A DNA stretch of 53,223 bases from a virus. Its lineage: Duplodnaviria; Caudoviricetes. The notes below the pieces were generated by a model that worked only from the letters and a program-made list of their open reading frames with translations, was not told the DNA's origin and did no database searches. Within the stretch, counting starts at the first letter, position 1. Each line of letters begins with the position of its first letter. A program made the position numbers and the translations under genes. Where the stretch lies: positions 1 through 53,223 of the IMG/VR virus record IMGVR_UViG_3300024952_000001; one strand, given 5' to 3'. Shown here one piece after another: positions 1 through 7,257 of the stretch.

Positions 1-127
1 TAACTTGTCCAATGTAATCACGCGACCAGTTGCACTATCACGCTTTGCAATCAATGGCCCCCATTTTTGAACCTGCTTAACATTCTCAAGCGTAATTACA
101 CGAGGCTTTACTTGACCAGCCCAACGA
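1..127. repeat. Terminal direct repeat, copy 1 (assembly overlap of a circular genome)
   Basis: 1-127 is identical to 53097-53223, and the MTase frame reads continuously across the join. Confidence 0.97.
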
Positions 128-459
128 ACAACCACCCATGACAATGCACGGCGCTTTTCATTACGAGGCTGACCGCCTGCAGCTTGGCTATGATGCGTAC
201 AATCTGGACTTGCGTGAAGGTGTCCAACTGGGCGACCATGCACTACTGAATCTGGGCACACTTCAAATACATCTGCTACAAAGTGGCGTGTTTGAGGGTG
301 ATTGGCGCGATGCATACTCAATGCATCGTCATTGTGGTTAATCGCAATATCAGGATGGCGACCTAGTGCCATGTAGATTGCCTTTGACATACCGCCGCCA
401 CCTGCAAACAGGTCAACGATAAGCTCTCTATGTATGTCTAATAATTGTTGTCGTGCCAT
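1..459 (-). CDS. C5 DNA cytosine methyltransferase, N-terminal part (continues into 53096..51813; about 580 aa in total)
   Basis: Hand translation from ATG 459: MARQQLLDIHRELIVDLFAGGGG (motif I)...HASPDCTHHS (motif IV, catalytic Cys)...ITLENV (motif VI); in frame with ORF 51813..53150. Confidence 0.93.
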   Translation of the reverse strand, partial: MARQQLLDIHRELIVDLFAGGGGMSKAIYMALGRHPDIAINHNDDALSMHRANHPQTRHFVADVFEVCPDSVVHGRPVGHLHASPDCTHHSQAAGGQPRNEKRRALSWVVVRWAGQVKPRVITLENVKQVQKWGPLIAKRDSATGRVITLDKL

Positions 460-473
460 TTTTTTATTGCCTC

Positions 474-560
474 TCATATTGCCGTTATTAGGTGCGCTGG
501 CGTGACAAATGGGGCAATAATCCATAAGTCGCTATGCCTAGCTGCCAGCGCGTAAACCAT
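474..560 (-). CDS. Putative 28-aa peptide
   Basis: ATG overlaps the upstream stop (TAATG); MVYALAARHSDLWIIAPFVTPAHLITAI; could instead be a structured RNA segment. Confidence 0.3.
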   Translation of the reverse strand: MVYALAARHSDLWIIAPFVTPAHLITAI

Positions 561-853
561 TAAGCTGCCGCCTTTGTATTGACGATCAGCTGATACTCAA
601 ACAAACCATTACCTTTGTGCTTTTTGTTAACCGTGTGCGAACCAAAGCGCGGCTTGCGCATATGTCTTAACTGCGCTGAAATGCTTGCTTCGTGGTGACC
701 GGTTAATGCCGCGATTTTGCTAAGGGATCTAAACTCACCATCAGCCATTAAATTGAATATGTCGATGTACTGATTGGTTAAGCGTTCGCTATCGCGGTCA
801 TGCTTGTAATCAGCACCGTTGAATCTTGAGGTTTTAGAGATTGAATTAATCAT
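560..853 (-). CDS. Winged-HTH DNA-binding phage protein
   Basis: FRSLSKIAALTGHHEASISAQLRHMRK is HTH-like, followed by a beta-wing; lies in the PR operon. Confidence 0.65.
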   Translation of the reverse strand: MINSISKTSRFNGADYKHDRDSERLTNQYIDIFNLMADGEFRSLSKIAALTGHHEASISAQLRHMRKPRFGSHTVNKKHKGNGLFEYQLIVNTKAAA

Positions 854-856
854 TCC

Positions 857-1114
857 CTATTCCAGCACTGTTGGATTGTCTTGAAGCGCCTTACTAACTA
901 AACTGGCTTCATCAATCTTATGTTCAACAAAAATACCAAGGACGCGATTAACAATGTCAGTGCGAGAAACGTTTTTACCCGATGCTCTAGTTTCTGAAAT
1001 AGCCACCGAATCAATCACGGCCAAAATGTGCCGAGGGGAATTAACACGTAATTCAGCTAGATCTTCACCTGTGCGGCTAACTCTTGAGAATGCAGGTGTT
1101 TCATGTGCTTTCAT
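857..1114 (-). CDS. Small regulator in the CII position, ribbon-helix-helix-like
   Basis: Directly after cro; strand-helix-helix pattern ELRVNSPRHILAVIDSVA...SRTDIVNRVL. Confidence 0.5.
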   Translation of the reverse strand: MKAHETPAFSRVSRTGEDLAELRVNSPRHILAVIDSVAISETRASGKNVSRTDIVNRVLGIFVEHKIDEASLVSKALQDNPTVLE

Positions 1115-1127
1115 TTTTAATACCTTT

Positions 1128-1361
1128 CTAAGCGGCTTTTACCAATTCAGGCCAGTTGTCCTGCCAATCATTGGGGCGAAGGTCTTTGCGAGTAACTTGC
1201 ATGTTGCTGTGCTTCTCAATCAACACGCACAGCGCAGGGCTGAGCAAAGAGCCTTTAGATACGGCTTTTCTTAAATAGCCAATTGATGTTCCGCACTGGG
1301 TTGCAAAAGAATATTTAGCAGGACCAGCAAGGTTGTTAATGTATTTAAGTAATTTATCCAT
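1128..1361 (-). CDS. cro: Cro/YdaS-like transcriptional regulator
   Basis: Divergent from cI; FATQCGTSIGYLRK HTH and the IEKHSNMQVTRKDLRPNDW...WPEL signature. Confidence 0.88.
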   Translation of the reverse strand: MDKLLKYINNLAGPAKYSFATQCGTSIGYLRKAVSKGSLLSPALCVLIEKHSNMQVTRKDLRPNDWQDNWPELVKAA

Positions 1362-1367
1362 GGGGAG

Positions 1368-1396
1368 ATGTTACCCATAGGTAATGTTAATGTCAA
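1368..1396 (-). promoter_or_regulatory. PR-like sigma70 promoter for cro
   Basis: TTGACA (1396-1391), 17-nt spacer, TAACAT (1373-1368); overlaps operators. Confidence 0.75.
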
Positions 1397-1424
1397 TACC
1401 TATGGGTTATTTACTTGCAGGTAA
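1371..1424. promoter_or_regulatory. OR: three 14-bp operators (consensus TTACCyATrGGTAA)
   Basis: ttacccataggtaa 1371-1384, atacctatgggtta 1396-1409, ttacttgcaggtaa 1411-1424; same motif recurs at 4147 and 4172. Confidence 0.88.
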
Positions 1425-1444
1425 TTGTTTGGGAATATCATCAG

Positions 1445-2113
1445 ATGGATAAATACGAAAAAAGACGATTAGCACTTATTAGATTAGTTGCCAAAGTCGG
1501 TGGACAAGCAAAGCTAGCGGATAAGCTTGAAGTAAATCCTAGCTACGTTTCACGCATGCTTTATGAAGAAGGTAAAGCAGCAAAAAAACGTATAGGCGAA
1601 GATATGGTTGAAAAACTGGATCATCTATATGAGGGTTGGTTAGATGATGTTGAAAATAATAAAAAACAAAATGATTTTAATAGTGATGAATTTACTATCA
1701 ACCAATATCACGATGTAAGAGGGGCAATGGGTCAAGGTTTGGTGTTACGTGGGGAATCAGGGCAAATAACAGGGTGGAAAGTTACGCGCGAGTGGTTAAG
1801 TAAAAATGTGCCTGCTAATACAGGAAACAATAACTTGACGATAGTTACCGGCTTTGGTGATTCAATGTGTGGAATGTATAACTCAGGAGATCCGCTGATT
1901 GTTGATGTTGGAGTTAAAACTTTAGAGTTTGACGGCGTTTACTTCTTTAGAGTTGGTGAAGAAGGATTTATCAAAACACTTCAACGAATACCTGGTGAAG
2001 GCATTAGGGTAATCTCTGAAAATAAAAAATACGAAACATGGACCATTACAAAAGAAATGGATTTTGAAGTGCTAGGCCGTGTGCTGAAAGCTTGGGAAAG
2101 CAAAGAATTTTAA
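1445..2113 (+). CDS. cI: CI-like repressor (HTH plus S24 autopeptidase)
   Basis: N-terminal HTH (GQAKLADKLEVNPSYVSRML); GDSM catalytic Ser and FIKTL Lys; ATG 1445 preferred over TTG 1415, which lies inside an operator. Confidence 0.92.
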   Translation: MDKYEKRRLALIRLVAKVGGQAKLADKLEVNPSYVSRMLYEEGKAAKKRIGEDMVEKLDHLYEGWLDDVENNKKQNDFNSDEFTINQYHDVRGAMGQGLVLRGESGQITGWKVTREWLSKNVPANTGNNNLTIVTGFGDSMCGMYNSGDPLIVDVGVKTLEFDGVYFFRVGEEGFIKTLQRIPGEGIRVISENKKYETWTITKEMDFEVLGRVLKAWESKEF

Positions 2114-2293
2114 ATGCCTAATCTGAATAGCAAACACTATATTGCATTAGCTATTTTTCTTTTTACTTTGGCTTGGTGGTTTAGGTATGACACGAATTGC
2201 GGTGGCAATTATGGGGTGGCGTGTGTTTCATATGATAGGTTTACTGGGAAATGGATTATTCCAGTAAAAGAAGCGCAAAATAATTACAGATAG
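2114..2293 (+). CDS. 59-aa single-TM membrane protein (accessory gene downstream of cI)
   Basis: Hand-translated; ATG directly follows the cI stop; MPNLNSKHYIALAIFLFTLAWWFRYDTNCGGNYGVACVSYDRFTGKW... Confidence 0.65.
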   Translation: MPNLNSKHYIALAIFLFTLAWWFRYDTNCGGNYGVACVSYDRFTGKWIIPVKEAQNNYR

Positions 2294-2306
2294 AGGGGGG
2301 GGGTGT

Positions 2307-2696
2307 ATGAAGTTCATTTTAATTTTAGTTACATTGTTGATGATTGGTTGCGCAACCAGCTATCAGAAAAAAGGCATCTCAGGCGGCTACTCAGATGCGC
2401 AGATTGATGAAAACTCTTATCGAGTGACATTTGTAGGCAATGGTTATAGCTCAAAAGACCAAGTAGAAAACATGCTTTTGTATAGATCAGCAGAACTTAC
2501 AAATGAGAAAGGCTACGATTGGTTTAGCGTCAATGAACGCGAAAGCAATGAGCAATCACATGCCAAGTATGGAAAGCTTGGATTAGATTCAACCGCTATT
2601 ATCAAGATGTATAAAGGCGTAAAGCCTGAATCTGCATTTAGGAGCTACTCTGCCAAGTCGGTGATCGAGCATCTCGGAAAATCCATAAATCGCTAA
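2307..2696 (+). CDS. Lipoprotein, CC0125/CC1285-like
   Basis: Lipobox MIGC; ATSYQ..GGYSD..YRVTFVGNG..LLYRSAELT..GYDWF. Confidence 0.75.
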   Translation: MKFILILVTLLMIGCATSYQKKGISGGYSDAQIDENSYRVTFVGNGYSSKDQVENMLLYRSAELTNEKGYDWFSVNERESNEQSHAKYGKLGLDSTAIIKMYKGVKPESAFRSYSAKSVIEHLGKSINR

Positions 2697-2697
2697 A

Positions 2698-2967
2698 ATG
2701 CTATTAAAGTATTTGTTGATATTTCTGCTAACAATCACATCCCTTTCAGCACAAGCAGAATACAGACGCAGCTACAAGGCCAAGAGCCAGTTTAAACAAT
2801 CGCACCCCTGCCCTGCTACTGGACGCAGCAAAGGCTCATGCCCTGGCTACATAATAGACCATGTTCAAGCGCTTGCTTGTGGCGGTGCAGATCATCCAAG
2901 CAATATGCAATGGCAGACTAAAGCTGATGCTAAAGCTAAAGATAAGTGGGAGCGTAGAGGGTGTTAA
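2698..2967 (+). CDS. Secreted HNH-family endonuclease
   Basis: Signal peptide ending AQA; CPATG..CPGYIIDHVQALACGGADHPSNMQW HNH-type motif. Confidence 0.8.
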   Translation: MLLKYLLIFLLTITSLSAQAEYRRSYKAKSQFKQSHPCPATGRSKGSCPGYIIDHVQALACGGADHPSNMQWQTKADAKAKDKWERRGC

Positions 2968-3248
2968 TACTAAGATGAAGCAACCATTAGCAAATTTACT
3001 AGTCACATATGCGTACCAATCAAGGTAATAAATACTATTGATTATTAGTAGTTACTACCTAGTAACTAAGTGCGGTAGTTGGCAGTAATTAAATAATTAT
3101 GTTTAATAAATTAAACGTTTACGTATATCTAGCTATTTACTAAGAGGTAATTATTGTTTACTATACCAATTAATGCTGTTGGCAAAGTTGTCAATAGCTA
3201 TTTTTGTTTTTTATACGTTAGTTATAAGCGTAATTGAGAGGAAGTAAA

Positions 3249-3428
3249 ATGAGTCAAAATATTGAATTTCTTCAGAAGAGAATATTTGATAAAGATTCTC
3301 TAGCGGCCACCAATTTTAAAATGTTCCCTGGCAGTAACAGAGATGTTAGTGCTGAACAATTTGCTGAAGAAATTAATAAGTCTTTATCAAGATTAGAATC
3401 AGGTGATTTTGAGGTTTTAGATATATAA
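3249..3428 (+). CDS. Small hypothetical protein paired with the IrrE-like gene
   Basis: SD GAGGAAG before ATG 3249; AT-rich cassette. Confidence 0.7.
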   Translation: MSQNIEFLQKRIFDKDSLAATNFKMFPGSNRDVSAEQFAEEINKSLSRLESGDFEVLDI

Positions 3429-3443
3429 GAAAATTGTTAAATT

Positions 3444-4016
3444 TTGGAAAAATTTAAAGAGCTATACGAACATTGTCAAAAAATACAAATCCCAGTTAGT
3501 AGAAAAGATATACAACCAAAAGCTCTTTCAATAACAGGAGCAACAAGAATTGCTGCAGTAAAAAGTACTTTAGATACTGATATTATTAGAGGATATTTTT
3601 TATCCGCTAGCAATACCGAGGCAAGACTTGTTCAACAGTTTGGATGTAATGTAATAGTGTTAGCTCGCTCCCTGAATTATTGTTGGGAAAGATTTGTTTT
3701 CACAAAAGAGCTAATGCATCTTTTTGACCTTGATGACGAAAAAACATCAAATACATTAGAGCTAGAAACTTTACTATCTAACTTTGAAATACCTGACACC
3801 AATGGCAGTAAACAATTTAAGTCCGATATTAAGGGGCTTTGGATGGCATTGGCTTGCCTCTGCCCTGAATCGGAAAGACTTAAGTTCAAAGATGGCATTG
3901 AAAAGGGGCACATCGATTACTATGGAATTGCTCTCCAGATAAAAATACCAGAGAAATATGTAAAATATTATTTTACAGATGCATACGAAAGAATAATCAA
4001 GACACTTCTAGCTTAA
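3444..4016 (+). CDS. ImmA/IrrE-like Zn-peptidase-fold protein with KELMH in place of HExxH
   Basis: LNYCWERFVFTKELMH resembles RFTxAHELGH; downstream SDIKGLWMALACLCP resembles ExxAxxFAxxLLxP. Confidence 0.6.
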   Translation: MEKFKELYEHCQKIQIPVSRKDIQPKALSITGATRIAAVKSTLDTDIIRGYFLSASNTEARLVQQFGCNVIVLARSLNYCWERFVFTKELMHLFDLDDEKTSNTLELETLLSNFEIPDTNGSKQFKSDIKGLWMALACLCPESERLKFKDGIEKGHIDYYGIALQIKIPEKYVKYYFTDAYERIIKTLLA

Positions 4017-4022
4017 AACACT

Positions 4023-4045
4023 AACCTGCTTCGGCAGGTTTTTTT
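4023..4045 (+). terminator. Rho-independent terminator
   Basis: aacctgc-ttcg-gcaggtt plus T tract. Confidence 0.9.
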
Positions 4046-4083
4046 ACGCCCATTCAACTGTAAGCCTATAGCTAACAGTTCAC

Positions 4084-4107
4084 AAACCGCTTAAGTGCGG
4101 TTTTTTT
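4084..4107 (+). terminator. Second Rho-independent terminator
   Basis: aaaccgc-ttaagt-gcggttt plus T tract; shares the 16-bp tail ggtttttttacgccca with the first. Confidence 0.85.
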
Positions 4108-4146
4108 ACGCCCAAATTTCCTCACTATAAAAATAATTAAAATAAA

Positions 4147-4188
4147 TTACCTATGGGTATTGACACATACATTACCTATGGGTAATAT
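4147..4188 (+). promoter_or_regulatory. PL promoter with two OL operators
   Basis: TTGACA 4160-4165, 17-nt spacer, TAATAT 4183-4188; operators ttacctatgggtat 4147-4160 and ttacctatgggtaa 4172-4185. Confidence 0.9.
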
Positions 4189-4234
4189 TCACACATCGCA
4201 GCAAAATACCGTTTCGATACTTTCTCCCAGGTTA

Positions 4235-4276
4235 GCGAGTGGGAAATTTTAGGAAGAGTACCACTCGCATTTTTTT
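4235..4276 (+). terminator. Terminator/attenuator-like hairpin in the PL leader
   Basis: gcgagtgg (4235-4242) pairs with ccactcgc (4261-4268), followed by T7; the loop is long. Confidence 0.5.
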
Positions 4277-4278
4277 AG

Positions 4279-4512
4279 GTGAATGAAATGAACATATTGC
4301 AATCAGGTTTAGCGATGCAAGCCATGCAGGTTAAGGCGAAAAAAGTAGCTGTTATCGGCACAGATAAGACCGTGGAAGCTTTCAAATCACAAGGCAAGGT
4401 GTTGGTACATAAGCCAGCCAGTTTAGATGCCTTACGTGCTGAGAAAGAAGCTAAGAAAGCGCGTGAAGCACAGCGCCAGATGATGGCACATACATCGCCA
4501 GAGGCGGCTTAA
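4279..4512 (+). CDS. Hypothetical early protein (first gene of the PL operon)
   Basis: ORF track; SD AGGTG suggests ATG 4288; C-terminal AA. Confidence 0.7.
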   Translation: MNEMNILQSGLAMQAMQVKAKKVAVIGTDKTVEAFKSQGKVLVHKPASLDALRAEKEAKKAREAQRQMMAHTSPEAA

Positions 4513-4514
4513 TC

Positions 4515-4940
4515 ATGACTGAGCATACAAAAGAGCCGTGGTGCGTAGCGGAAAAGACTTCTGTAAGGCTAGACATAGCCTACTTAGTGCGACCTGTTTA
4601 CCACAACAATTATGAATACGGCGCAACTGTAGCTGCTATCAGCGAACGTGACGCTAGGCGCATCGTAGCTTGTGTAAATGCTTGTTCTCGCATTAGTGAT
4701 GAAGAACTGCACGAAGCAGACTTGTGGCAAAGATTTCACTCGCAATCTAATGTGATTGTTAACGTAACTCAACAACGTGATGAATTGCTTGAGGCTTTGA
4801 AAAAAGTACAAAGCTTTATAAGCGAAATTAACAACGCTGGCGGCAAGTATGCAGGTTTGCATGGTGATGTTGTACGTGATTCTTATGCGGAAAACACAGC
4901 GGCCATTGAGGTTATTGAGAGTATTGAAGGTAAGTTTTAA
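4515..4940 (+). CDS. Hypothetical early phage protein
   Basis: Modular phage pattern HTKEPW...DARRIVACVNAC...RDELLEALK. Confidence 0.75.
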   Translation: MTEHTKEPWCVAEKTSVRLDIAYLVRPVYHNNYEYGATVAAISERDARRIVACVNACSRISDEELHEADLWQRFHSQSNVIVNVTQQRDELLEALKKVQSFISEINNAGGKYAGLHGDVVRDSYAENTAAIEVIESIEGKF

Positions 4941-4942
4941 CC

Positions 4943-5125
4943 ATGCCCTCACTAGAGCAATACATCATTGACCAAGACGGCGTTAAGCGTGTGGTGTTTG
5001 AGGAATCTGAAAACAAGCACGCCAACGAGTTTGCAGAGTACCAAGCAGGCTATGAAGCCGCACCAAACAAGCTTGATTACAACATGCAACTGATGAAACA
5101 GATTAGAGCGAGGCATCCACTATGA
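4943..5125 (+). CDS. Hypothetical protein
   Basis: Tightly packed in the operon. Confidence 0.6.
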   Translation: MPSLEQYIIDQDGVKRVVFEESENKHANEFAEYQAGYEAAPNKLDYNMQLMKQIRARHPL

Positions 5126-5322
5126 AAAAACTTTACACAGCCTTATGGGTAGTTATCGGTTCACTAGCCTTCTTTGCCCTACTCGCTCTAGTTGCTTACG
5201 TGGAACAGAAAGCGATTAACGAAGAAAAAGCAAAGTACAAATCAAGCTGGTGCAACGTAGATTTTGGCAGTAGCAAGGCAACGATTGAGTGCAGCAAGGT
5301 TTCAAGACTGGAAAGAGAATGA
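5122..5322 (+). CDS. Small membrane-anchored protein
   Basis: ATGA overlap; N-terminal hydrophobic helix. Confidence 0.65.
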   Translation: MKKLYTALWVVIGSLAFFALLALVAYVEQKAINEEKAKYKSSWCNVDFGSSKATIECSKVSRLERE

Positions 5323-5408
5323 GTTTTACGCAGTATTACAGCTATTGCCGCAGGCATGGAAGCGGAATAGTTAAGAGTTTTTTGAGAGCAATAAAAGTAA
5401 GTATTTAG
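5319..5408 (+). CDS. Putative 29-aa basic peptide
   Basis: ATGA overlap; MSFTQYYSYCRRHGSGIVKSFLRAIKVSI. Confidence 0.4.
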   Translation: MSFTQYYSYCRRHGSGIVKSFLRAIKVSI

Positions 5409-5451
5409 GATTTTCAACTATCGGCATAGTCCCGATTAAGAAAGGTATCAA

Positions 5452-6387
5452 ATGGAAGCATCAACCGCAGTAGTCCAGCAGGACGCGCCAGAGCTTAACG
5501 TGATTCAAAGTGATCGCGCTAACTCAATGGCACTTATCACCAACGATGAAAATATGGCACGAGCTACAGCACTGGCTAAAACAATGGCAAGCAGCAAAGT
5601 AACTGTACCTAAACACTTGCAAGGTAATGAAGGTGATTGTTTAGCCATCATTATTCAAGCGTCAAATTGGGGCATGAACCCTTTTGCAGTAGCCCAGAAA
5701 ACACACTTAGTTAATGGCGTGCTTGGTTATGAGGCGCAGTTAGTAAATGCTGCAGTAACTTCAAGCAATGCGATTTGCAGCCCATTTAGCTATGAATATA
5801 AAGATGAAGTCGGCAGCGGTGCAAGTATGTCGGTTAGCTGCCGAGTTGGTGCAGTACTTCGCGGCCAGAGTGAGATCACTTGGGGCGAGTGGCTTAACAG
5901 TAATTCAGTGACTACTAAAAATAGCCCACTTTGGAAAACCAACGTAAAGCAACAGATGGGCTACTTGCAGGTAAAGAACTGGTCAAGACTTTATACCCCG
6001 TCAGCAATTTTAGGTGTTTACACACCAGATGAAATTGAATTGAACGAGAAGCCAGCACAGACGCGCCCACGTAACGGCGCTGAATATGGCCGCCAAGCTC
6101 AAGAGCAGCAGCAAGGCCGTGTAATTGATGCAGAACAGGAAAGCCGCCGTACCGGCTTGATTACCGCGCTAGAGGCGTTCGCTGCAAAAGGTTCAGCAGC
6201 CTTCTTAACGCAATGGAAATCCATTGGTAAGGCTAACCGCGCAGATGCAGTTCTAGTAGGGGAACAAGAGTACTTGCGTATTTTAGAGATTGCCAAAGAA
6301 GCAGACTTTAACCATGCGCCTACCGTGCAAGATTCATTTGTCAGTGAAATGGACCAGGCAGAAGCGCAGCAACAAGGCCAAGCGTAA
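5452..6387 (+). CDS. recT: RecT-family single-strand annealing protein
   Basis: VPKHLQGNEGDCLAIIIQA..WGMNPFAVAQKTH..LGYEAQLVNA..NSPLWK..ILGVYTPDE. Confidence 0.9.
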   Translation: MEASTAVVQQDAPELNVIQSDRANSMALITNDENMARATALAKTMASSKVTVPKHLQGNEGDCLAIIIQASNWGMNPFAVAQKTHLVNGVLGYEAQLVNAAVTSSNAICSPFSYEYKDEVGSGASMSVSCRVGAVLRGQSEITWGEWLNSNSVTTKNSPLWKTNVKQQMGYLQVKNWSRLYTPSAILGVYTPDEIELNEKPAQTRPRNGAEYGRQAQEQQQGRVIDAEQESRRTGLITALEAFAAKGSAAFLTQWKSIGKANRADAVLVGEQEYLRILEIAKEADFNHAPTVQDSFVSEMDQAEAQQQGQA

Positions 6388-7061
6388 TGTTTGAAAACGA
6401 GAACCTATTAAGCCCAGAGCAGCGTACCCAACAGTGGTATGCAGATCGCGCAGGCAAGTTCACTGGTTCTCGATTTGTTGATTTGTTGGCAGAGGGCACG
6501 AAGGCTTATAGCGATTTAATCAATCAAATCGTAGTAGAGCGATTAACGAATGATTTTATTGATACTGGCATGGATTCTTACGCTCTCAAATGGGGGCGTG
6601 ATACAGAACCTTTTGCAAGAACGGCATACAGCTTTCGCACAGGCAACATTGTGGAACAAGCATCATTTATTAAACACCCGAAATACGGGGATATTACAGG
6701 CGTATCACCAGATGGCCTTGTAGGTAGAAATGGCGGTACAGAGTTTAAGTGTCCTAAAGACCCGAAAATTCACATAGACCGATTCATTAACGGCATGAAC
6801 GAAAAAGAGTTTATGCCGCAGGTTCAAGGCTGTATCTGGGTATGTGGTGCGGATTGGTGGGATTGGGTGAGCTTCGATCCGCGAATGCCAGAACACATGC
6901 GCTTATATATCCAGCGTGTATGGCGTGATGACGATTACATCAACAAGTTAGAGAAAGCAGTATTTGTAGCAGAAGGCAAAGTAAGAGAAAAGCTAGAGAA
7001 GTTCAAGCCAGAACACATCGAAGCACTTTTAGAAAATTACGATCAAAGGAAAACATCATGA
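6387..7061 (+). CDS. YqaJ/lambda-exonuclease family protein
   Basis: W..RAGKFTGS, WG...EP.AR, SPDGLV, EFKCP, QVQG..W; adjacent to recT. Confidence 0.9.
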   Translation: MFENENLLSPEQRTQQWYADRAGKFTGSRFVDLLAEGTKAYSDLINQIVVERLTNDFIDTGMDSYALKWGRDTEPFARTAYSFRTGNIVEQASFIKHPKYGDITGVSPDGLVGRNGGTEFKCPKDPKIHIDRFINGMNEKEFMPQVQGCIWVCGADWWDWVSFDPRMPEHMRLYIQRVWRDDDYINKLEKAVFVAEGKVREKLEKFKPEHIEALLENYDQRKTS

Positions 7062-7255
7062 GTAACTTAATGGGCAATGACTTGTATCTGCGCATTACCA
7101 AGAACAACGGTGAATCACACGTTCAACATCATCGCGTTTGGGATGCTGCAAGATTTACAGAAAGCATGACAAAGCAGCACAGCGAAGCAAAGAACCCTAA
7201 TGATCGTTGCAAAGTTTCAGTTGCAACAAAACAAGATTACCAAAAAGGACACTAG
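7058..7255 (+). CDS. Hypothetical protein
   Basis: ATGA overlap and SD AAGGA. Confidence 0.7.
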   Translation: MSNLMGNDLYLRITKNNGESHVQHHRVWDAARFTESMTKQHSEAKNPNDRCKVSVATKQDYQKGH

Positions 7256-7257
7256 CC

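Noticed and set aside
138-341. 67-aa plus-strand ORF
   Set aside because: Antisense to the MTase N-terminus, which carries clear catalytic motifs
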